From the NCBI GenBank assembly GCA_018985225.1, contig JADGIF010000369.1:1-9954 (forward strand): a DNA stretch of 9,954 bases, written 5' to 3'. The position numbers and the translations under genes were made by a program. This DNA is from Amoeboradix gromovi X-113 (lineage: Eukaryota; Fungi; Sanchytriomycota). Every line of letters begins with the position of its first letter. Positions within the stretch are counted from its first letter, which is position 1. Of this stretch, positions 1 to 6,544 are shown piece after piece. The notes under the pieces were generated by a model. It saw only the letters and a program-made list of their open reading frames with translations, had not been told where the DNA came from and made no database searches.

Positions 1-120
1 AGAAACAATGATTACAAGAAGAAGAGAAAACAAAAAATAAGCCATACGAATGGCGGTAGGAAGAAAAAGAAAGTGGAAGATAATAGTGGTAAAGTAGTAG
101 ATAGTGCACCTTTTGCTTAG
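1..120 (+). CDS. Possible 3' end of an upstream gene (Lys-rich C-terminus ...KKKRKQKISHTNGGRKKKKVEDNSGKVVDSAPFA*)
   Basis: Frame +1 is open from 1 to TAG at 118-120 and encodes NLS-like basic clusters. Ambiguous: the opposite strand is also open from ATG 192 or ATG 45 (MAYFLFSLLLVIIVS, signal-peptide-like) off the window edge. Confidence 0.35.
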   Translation, partial: RNNDYKKKRKQKISHTNGGRKKKKVEDNSGKVVDSAPFA

Positions 121-288
121 ACACTCAAAGACCTTTACTATTTGAAAGAGATAGTGGGTCATCTTGTTTTGTTTTAAAGAGAGGAATGGCATTATGAAAG
201 AAAAAAACTTTTCTTAATAATAGTATATCCTCCATATGGAGCGACTCCTTCAAAAACGAATTAGTCTAGTTTTTATATTTGGTGTCCC

Positions 289-1080
289 ATGTCTCCTATG
301 TTAAATCTTCCTTCATTTAGTGCAATTCACAAAGGAAGCCATGGTAGAATTGCTATTGTTGGAGGTAGTGAGCACTATACAGGTGCTCCTTTCTTCAGCG
401 GAATCAGTTCATTGAGAACTGGTGCTGATTTGGTTTCAATATTAACTCATCCAAACGCATTGATACCAATAAAATGCTATGGGCCAGATCTGATGGTGAG
501 CGACTACAACGACGTTGAAAAATTCAAGTCTGTTATGGATAAAGCTCATTCTGTTGTCTTAGGCCCCGGTTTAGCCAAATATGAGAAAACTTCAGAAATA
601 TTCGATCAAATCAAACTAAAAGCTGACATACCTGTTGTTATAGATGCAGACGGACTTGCTTTTTACAAGCCAGGGATGTTTAAAAAGGTAATTCTGACTC
701 CAAATGCGAAAGAGTATAAGAACTTAAATCCGCGGAACCTCTCTGGAATGGAGTTGGCAAAGCAGCTGCAAGCGGTTATTCTATTGAAGGGCGATAATGA
801 TAGAATTATATCTTATGATACCATAAAGGTTGTTGATGAGAAAACCACACCTCGGCGTTGTGGTGGCCAAGGTGATATACTTGCTGGAATTTTGGCTACA
901 TTTGCAGCTTGGAATCCTGATGATTTAGAAAACGCTGCTGTACACGCTAGCAAACTACTTAGAAGAAGCGCTTTGCTTTGTTATACAAATAGCCAGGGTA
1001 GAAGCATGATAAGCAGCGAGATCCCGAATTTTATAGGGCAAGCTTTTAATTCACTATTTCCGAATGATGGTAAAAGCTAA
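289..1080 (+). CDS. NAXD: ATP-dependent (S)-NAD(P)H-hydrate dehydratase (YjeF C-terminal/CARKD family)
   Basis: Family motifs HKGSHGRIAIVGGSEHYTGAPFF, GPGL, VVIDADGL, ILTPNAKE, LLKGDND, RRCGGQGDILAG; AATAAA at 1090-1095. Confidence 0.95.
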   Translation: MSPMLNLPSFSAIHKGSHGRIAIVGGSEHYTGAPFFSGISSLRTGADLVSILTHPNALIPIKCYGPDLMVSDYNDVEKFKSVMDKAHSVVLGPGLAKYEKTSEIFDQIKLKADIPVVIDADGLAFYKPGMFKKVILTPNAKEYKNLNPRNLSGMELAKQLQAVILLKGDNDRIISYDTIKVVDEKTTPRRCGGQGDILAGILATFAAWNPDDLENAAVHASKLLRRSALLCYTNSQGRSMISSEIPNFIGQAFNSLFPNDGKS

Positions 1081-1158
1081 ACGTGCTTTAATAAAACAAT
1101 TTCTACAAATCAATTTTCCAAGACGTCGCTTTGAAACTTTATTCTGTTTAGAGATCTG

Positions 1159-1905
1159 ATGCCTAAAATTGATCTAAAAGAAATGGAACAAAAGGTTGCT
1201 GAAGGATTCAAGGACGATTCTGAAAAAATGAAAAATGACGAGGCTATTATTGTTAACGAATCTGAAGTGCCTGAAAGCGTGAAAAAGGATAAATTATCAA
1301 ACGAAGTCAAAAATGAAATTCCAGAGTTTAAAAATGAAAAGCTATCTGAAAATGCTGGTAAAGTGAAGCTTCAAGTCATGGATAATAACTCCAAAGTCAA
1401 CGCTGCTTTTAAGTCATCTCAAAAAAAAACTGATGCCGGATTTCCATCAGTTTCTCAAGGTGATACTGACAAGAAGAAATCACAAGCCGCTGCAGTAAAA
1501 AACGATAATGAGCTCGGTGATCGTCTAGGTCTTGATGATAAGCCAATTGACAAAACACCTAGACCCATCAAGGAAGACGATGGTGCTCCGCCAGAGAAGA
1601 GCCCTGATGACGGACTTGTCTTGGATGATTCTGAAGATAGTGGCAGCAAGAATGACGAATTGATCCAAAACGATCAGGTAGATCAGGATATGGAGGACAA
1701 GATTGTGGATGGCCCATTACCAGTAGATGTTACACCCAATCAATACCCTCCAATGCTACCCGAACGAGAAATAGACGCTTCACAAGTTAGCTATGCTCCG
1801 TTAGGTTGTTTGGTAGTTGTATCCATTATTTTATTATTTTTTATCTTCAAACCTCGCAAAAAGTACAGCAAGTTGTCTCAACAAGAAAGTAATAAATCAA
1901 TTTAA
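1159..1905 (+). CDS. Uncharacterised single-pass membrane protein, paralog A (248 aa; charged low-complexity N-region, C-terminal TM, 18-aa basic tail with YSKL)
   Basis: Long ORF rich in D/E/K/N; hydrophobic LGCLVVVSIILLFFIF (1801-1848) followed by KPRKKYSKL; C-terminal motifs shared with 2540-3300. Confidence 0.8.
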   Translation: MPKIDLKEMEQKVAEGFKDDSEKMKNDEAIIVNESEVPESVKKDKLSNEVKNEIPEFKNEKLSENAGKVKLQVMDNNSKVNAAFKSSQKKTDAGFPSVSQGDTDKKKSQAAAVKNDNELGDRLGLDDKPIDKTPRPIKEDDGAPPEKSPDDGLVLDDSEDSGSKNDELIQNDQVDQDMEDKIVDGPLPVDVTPNQYPPMLPEREIDASQVSYAPLGCLVVVSIILLFFIFKPRKKYSKLSQQESNKSI

Positions 1906-1907
1906 TT

Positions 1908-2504
1908 TCAAAATGTTTCCTGGGGGTTTGACACGACTTCATCATCAGGGATTACCGCAAAGGATTCCAACTTAAATTCAGAATTTTCTATTGTACGTAA
2001 AGATACAGTGACTGATGGCTTCTTCAAAGACAAATCAGATGCCTCAGCAGGAACCCACTCATCTAGCTCATTACAAGGGTATCTACCATTTGTCATAGCA
2101 ACTATATAAAACGAACGCTTTCCAAGAGAGTATTCTTTTTCTGATAGTTCAGTGGCTTCGCCAATCATAGCATCAAATGAACAAAGTTTCAAGAAGACAC
2201 CACGAGCTTGATGCCAAAATTTGTCAACATCAACAGTACCACTGTAATTAGCGATCCTAATACCAAACTTTTCTATTGGATTACCTCCTTGAGTAATAAC
2301 AAGATTTATTTCTTCAACGTCTTCAAGATTTATGCCTACTAGCATTTCAGAAATATACTTTTGCAATTCTGACATTCGTGGAAAGGAGCATTGCATGTTG
2401 TTTTTGAGACTACGTTCAAATGAGTGATATGGATACACCTTCCGAAGGTGCAAAATATTGTATATCCATTTCTCTATAAACTCATGCAACAAACTGATTT
2501 CCAT
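1908..2504 (-). CDS. REV7: HORMA-domain protein, DNA polymerase zeta accessory subunit Rev7/MAD2L2
   Basis: EFIEKWIYNILHLRKVYP..SFE, ELQKYISEML, PIEKF and RGVFLKLCSFDA follow the Rev7/MAD2L2 pattern (EFLEVAVHLILYVREVYP..IF, ELNQYI, PVEKF, RAFILKISVCDA); about 200 aa. Confidence 0.85.
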   Translation of the reverse strand: MEISLLHEFIEKWIYNILHLRKVYPYHSFERSLKNNMQCSFPRMSELQKYISEMLVGINLEDVEEINLVITQGGNPIEKFGIRIANYSGTVDVDKFWHQARGVFLKLCSFDAMIGEATELSEKEYSLGKRSFYIVAMTNGRYPCNELDEWVPAEASDLSLKKPSVTVSLRTIENSEFKLESFAVIPDDEVVSNPQETF

Positions 2505-2539
2505 TAAAAATGTTTCACGGAATATTTTAACTTTGAAAC
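2505..2539. promoter_or_regulatory. 35-bp divergent spacer between REV7 and paralog B, probable bidirectional promoter
   Basis: Head-to-head ATGs at 2504(-) and 2540(+); inverted repeat ATGTTTCA (2510-2517) / TGAAACAT (2534-2541). Confidence 0.55.
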
Positions 2540-3300
2540 ATGGAAAAAGAAAGAATTGAAGACAAAATGCCGATTAAGGAAAATGAGGTCAAACTAGGTT
2601 CTAATCCAGCTTTTGATTATGCCGACATTGGAGCAGATGGAAGGAGAATTAAAGATTCAGGCTCTGCTGATCAAGTTCACGATCATGGTAAAAGTAATAT
2701 GATTAAAGACTCTTATGACAAAGTTAAGAAGAACACCAATAATCCTTCAGGTCTTGGGGCAAATAACGATAATCGTATCAAGAATGACGCGCAAGAGCTA
2801 GCTGATCAACAGGTTCAACATAAAATCCAAGAGATCATGAAAAACAAGAAAGATGAAGAGATATTAGACGGTTCTGCCGAGGATGACTCACGTCCTAATT
2901 ATCAAGGAGAAGTCGATAATAATTTATTTGATATAAACCAAAACAGAAAGAGTGAAATGGATGATAATCATAGCAATTTAAAGGACTTGAGCAAGGAACC
3001 TATTCGTAATGATGGTTCTAATCCCAAGAGAGTCATGGAAGCTGAGCTTAGAAGACATTTTAATAAACAGAATGGAATTGAGGATCCTAGAAATATACCG
3101 ATTAATGTGGATTACTCAAATAATCAAGTATTAATTAGCTAATTTAGTATCCTCCACGGTTAAATCCAAATAACGAGTCAACCTCATCATATTCTCCATT
3201 ATTATCTCTTTTGGGTCTTCTGTTTGTAGGAATCATAATTATCAGATTTAAAAACAGATCTAATCCTGCATATGTCAAGTTTGATCATGCGAAAGAATAA
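2540..3300 (+). CDS. Uncharacterised single-pass membrane protein, paralog B; join(2540..3127,3148..3300), 246 aa
   Basis: Removing the 20-nt GT-AG intron joins ...YSNNQ to YPPRLNPNNESTSSYSPLLSLLGLLFVGIIIIRFKNRSNPAYVKFDHAKE*, recreating the NQYPP/SYxPL/TM/tail layout of paralog A; AATAAA overlaps the stop (3296-3301). Confidence 0.8.
3128..3147 (+). other. 20-nt spliceosomal intron GTATTAATTAGCTAATTTAG (phase 0)
   Basis: GT...AG ends with CTAAT branch-like motif 4 nt before the end; removal restores NQYPP, which is contiguous in paralog A (1738-1752). Confidence 0.85.
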
Positions 3301-4026
3301 ATCAAAGTAAATCGCTTTTTGAGACAATCAACTTGCCAATTAAGAATCCTGAAATTTTTTCGCTTTAATTAAGTAAAACATTTATCAAGAAACTATGGAT
3401 TTTATTTTTAAACTAGTCCTTCCTTCTCAAACTCTACAATCGTATAATCTGTTTGTTCATCTATGGCAGACGGCTAAAAATAATCTCAGCCACACTTTGT
3501 TAAACTTGAATTCACTAAAAAATGATAGAGAATTTTTAATGAGGAGCCTAGGGAATATTTTAGCACGCAAATTTAGATTTTCTGGTAATATCAAGTAATC
3601 AGATGTGATCCATTCTGGCAAAATGTCCTCATTTCGAAGTCCGAGGAACACCTAGAAACTACACTAGAAATCCGACATCTTCATGTTATCAGATAAGAAA
3701 GAAAGACATCAAGACGGAACATGAAAATGGTTATCGGTTGAGATATTGTAACACATGCGTAACAATCAGCCAAGCTATTTTGAAATAGATATTATCGGAG
3801 CATATTTCATGATGAAAAATGGCATAAATACATATTATGAGATTGCCACATCTCTCCAGGAGGCCCTCCGAATTGGACTGGGTACATTTCTAAGATTGTG
3901 TTCCAAATACTGATCAACACAATGTCTCATATACAAGAGATCGAAGTTTGAGATATGAAACAAATACCCTATTTTTACGTAAACACGTGAAAACACAACA
4001 TCTTGGAATTAAACAAAATCATTACC

Positions 4027-4344
4027 ATGAAATATTTAGCTGCATATCTATTAGCACAATTAGGTGGCAATGAATCACCGGATGCTGCAAATGTAAAGAA
4101 AATCATTTCCGCTGTCGGCGCAGATATCGATGAGGAACAATTAAAGCTTGTTATTTCTGAACTTAAAGGTAAAGATGTAGCTGAACTTATTGCTGCCGGT
4201 AAGGCTAAATTTGCTAGTGTACCTAGTGGTTCAGGTTCTGCTGCTGCTCCATCTGCTGCTGGTAAAGCTGCTGCAGTTGAAGAAGAAAAGGTTGAAGAGA
4301 AAGAAGAGTCTGATGAAGACATGGGATTTGGACTTTTTGATTAA
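4027..4344 (+). CDS. RPLP2: 60S acidic ribosomal protein P2 (105 aa; ATG at 4027, not the TTG at 4003)
   Basis: N-terminus [15 protein letters not shown], Ala-rich hinge, canonical C-terminus [13 protein letters not shown]; AATAAA at 4347-4352. Confidence 0.97.
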   Translation: MKYLAAYLLAQLGGNESPDAANVKKIISAVGADIDEEQLKLVISELKGKDVAELIAAGKAKFASVPSGSGSAAAPSAAGKAAAVEEEKVEEKEESDEDMGFGLFD

Positions 4345-4385
4345 ATAATAAACAAATTATATTCAAAGCAGCTTGAAAACAAATT

Positions 4386-4835
4386 TTACTTTAATTCTAA
4401 AAAGACATCTCTTAGGTCCTTTGGTCTATCCTTGCCCTGATCCTCCTCCATAGATTCCATCAACTTAGGCATTGCGAACATCAGTCCAAAGCTTACAAAC
4501 GTCATGAGCATTGTCGGGTTCTTTAAGAATCCAAGTATGCTAAATCCTGGTTTTGGGACATCGTATTCGTAAACAAATATGGGCTCTAGTCTACATGCAT
4601 TGCTATCCCCACTTCCTTTTTCATGCGAAAATTGTCGTAGTGTGCAGTTCCTATTATTTATCACTACATCTGGATATTGATAATTTATTGACTGTATCTG
4701 TACTATCTTTCCTTGAGGGGGTATGTCTAGCTCATTATCTCTAGGATATACCAAGTATTTGTTGTCTACCAATGCTGGATCTGTTCCATTATATTTAATT
4801 AGAAATGCAATGGTACCGATGATAAACAAGTTCAT
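4386..4835 (-). CDS. EMC7: ER membrane protein complex subunit 7-like (149 aa; first ATG at 4835)
   Basis: Hydrophobic N-terminus MNLFIIGTIAFL; C-terminal signature YEYDVPKPGFSILGFLKNPTMLMTFVSFGLMFAMPKLMESM typical of EMC7; luminal domain short and divergent. Confidence 0.8.
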   Translation of the reverse strand: MNLFIIGTIAFLIKYNGTDPALVDNKYLVYPRDNELDIPPQGKIVQIQSINYQYPDVVINNRNCTLRQFSHEKGSGDSNACRLEPIFVYEYDVPKPGFSILGFLKNPTMLMTFVSFGLMFAMPKLMESMEEDQGKDRPKDLRDVFLELK

Positions 4836-4867
4836 AAGTAACAAGGAGGGTGGGTTAAAATATTTAT

Positions 4868-6478
4868 TTAAACGGCATGAGAATTTACATATACTTCATT
4901 TTGATCATCCGTGGTCAGATCCCACTGATTTTCTACTGCTAAATGCAATAAACAAACGAACAAAGTGGATAGCTGAACATCACCCCGCTCAATCGCTTTT
5001 CTGTTCACTATTTCAGTTAGTTTGATGTGCTCTTTATCTTCTTGCTTATGGATCGATTCCACAAGTTCGCTTTTTATGACCTGAACATCTGTTATAGCAG
5101 ACCCAAATGATGGTAACAGCTGTGGTTGTAGCATAGGTCTAGATGTTTCCATGGCATTATCCGGCTCAACAGGGTATTCAGGTACAGAGTCTAGTGTATA
5201 ATCACCGATACTGGCCAGTAGGTCCTCTTCGTTATCACCTGCTTCGTCCTTTAAATTCAATTTGCTGTCTTCTCTTTTTGTGTTTATGGTCATTGGCAAT
5301 AGCCATAACCTATTCAGTTGTATTCTTTCAAATGGTTCCATCTTTGTAAAATCATTCTTTGACATTTGTACTGATCCATAATGATAATCCATTTCTGGTA
5401 GCAGTAGATCATCGGAATTCACCATAACTACCGACTTGGTGCTTGATTTTAATTGTATAAAACTGTCTTTTATCAAGGATGCACCACTTGTAGCTTCTGA
5501 AGATTTGAAATGTTCCACAAATTTAAAGCCTACTACAGGCGACTTAGTGGGTTTACTGACAGCAACTACTTCCCTCTTTGGCTTAATAACTTTGTAATGC
5601 ATAGGGCCTGTCCAATTCTGGTTAGCCTGCCACAATAGTTCCGCGTTGTTGCTTGCATCAGCAATTAAAGACGCACCCTCTTTAAGTGCGAGATCTCCGT
5701 CATTTCCTACTATCAAATGACTTCGATTACCTAGATCTACCTCTACATAGTCATCATTTAATCCTGATGTAGCTAAATCAGTAATCAAAGCATCAATACC
5801 GTTCATGTCATTTAAATCGTTATTATGAGACTCCTCTTGTTCGATACTTTTTGTTGTTGTATACCTAGATCTAATTTCCTCCATTTGGATCTCAGAGTAC
5901 CAGAACGGCATATCCCCCATTTCCGATTTAATTTTAAACTCCATAGGAACATTGTCTTCAACAAAATCAGAAAGAGAGGGAAGGTATCCCCATTCATGGT
6001 GCACATACTCATTAAATTTCGCGGCAAAGTTCGGTAGATCAGGAATAGGTGGATCTGTTACAGACTCCTTAGCTGGTTCGTCAAGATTAAATTGCAGTTC
6101 AAATTGATTGAAAGCCCATGTGTCTGACCACCTTCCTTCCATTAGGGGCATCATCCAAGCACCTTTGCTTTCAAAAGTGTCCAATGTTATAGATTTGGCT
6201 TCAGCCAAATAAGATTCTCCACTTTTTTTTGGAGGCTTTTTCTTCTTTTCTAAATTTACAGACTTGGATGAAGTGGTAGAAGCGCTGAATACCTGGTATA
6301 GTTTATGTGCGTTTTCAGATAATGAATCAACGCGTAACGAATATATCTGAATGCAGCTATCGAGAGTTGTAGTTGCAGAATTAAAGTTAACCATATCGCC
6401 CTTTACTTGTTCGCTAAATTCATCGATTTGATTAGAACTCCACATGTTTAATTTCGTGGTTTGTGCATTCAATTTCAT
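4868..6478 (-). CDS. NCAPH: Condensin I kleisin subunit (Barren/Brn1/Cnd2/CAP-H), 536 aa from first ATG
   Basis: N-terminal NFNSATTTLDSCIQIYSLRVDSL (cf. NFxxAxxTLDxxxKIYxxRVDS), central NWTGPMHYK (cf. WAGPxHWK), C-terminal LFVCLLHLAVE (cf. FICLLHLANE). The start codon is the least certain part. Confidence 0.85.
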   Translation of the reverse strand: MKLNAQTTKLNMWSSNQIDEFSEQVKGDMVNFNSATTTLDSCIQIYSLRVDSLSENAHKLYQVFSASTTSSKSVNLEKKKKPPKKSGESYLAEAKSITLDTFESKGAWMMPLMEGRWSDTWAFNQFELQFNLDEPAKESVTDPPIPDLPNFAAKFNEYVHHEWGYLPSLSDFVEDNVPMEFKIKSEMGDMPFWYSEIQMEEIRSRYTTTKSIEQEESHNNDLNDMNGIDALITDLATSGLNDDYVEVDLGNRSHLIVGNDGDLALKEGASLIADASNNAELLWQANQNWTGPMHYKVIKPKREVVAVSKPTKSPVVGFKFVEHFKSSEATSGASLIKDSFIQLKSSTKSVVMVNSDDLLLPEMDYHYGSVQMSKNDFTKMEPFERIQLNRLWLLPMTINTKREDSKLNLKDEAGDNEEDLLASIGDYTLDSVPEYPVEPDNAMETSRPMLQPQLLPSFGSAITDVQVIKSELVESIHKQEDKEHIKLTEIVNRKAIERGDVQLSTLFVCLLHLAVENQWDLTTDDQNEVYVNSHAV

Positions 6479-6544
6479 GTTGCAAGGGAGGAACACTACA
6501 AAGCTAGTAACAAAATTATTTGTAGAGTTAAATTTACTGTTCAA

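Noticed and set aside
1070-1158. Spliced or read-through fusion of NAXD with paralog A (same frame; GGTAAAAG donor-like, TTTAG acceptor-like)
   Set aside because: Two stops intervene (1078, 1132), the 1070/1151 pair is out of phase, no YTAAY branch motif precedes the AG, and AATAAA follows the NAXD stop.
3652-3670. U2 snRNA-like GTGTAGT on the minus strand and short CTAGAAA repeat
   Set aside because: Flanking U2 conserved sequence is absent; a 7-nt repeat is expected by chance.
3601-3696. Sm/LSm-like fragment RCDPFWQNVLISKSEEHLETTLEIRHL
   Set aside because: Superficial resemblance only; no start or supported splice supplies the N-terminal part of an Sm fold.
4003-4026. TTG starts in the ORF track (4003, 4844, 6544, 9822)
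   Set aside because: Eukaryotic context; downstream ATGs (4027, 4835, 6478) are more plausible, and transketolase continues off the window.
3975-4322. Antisense or overlapping short ORFs in the track (e.g. 1110-1310, 1455-1649, 3975-4322, 4553-5025, 5143-5349, 5812-6037, 6444-6638, 7474-7710, 8278-8479, 9362-9695)
   Set aside because: They overlap well-supported genes, mostly antisense, and show no recognisable motifs.
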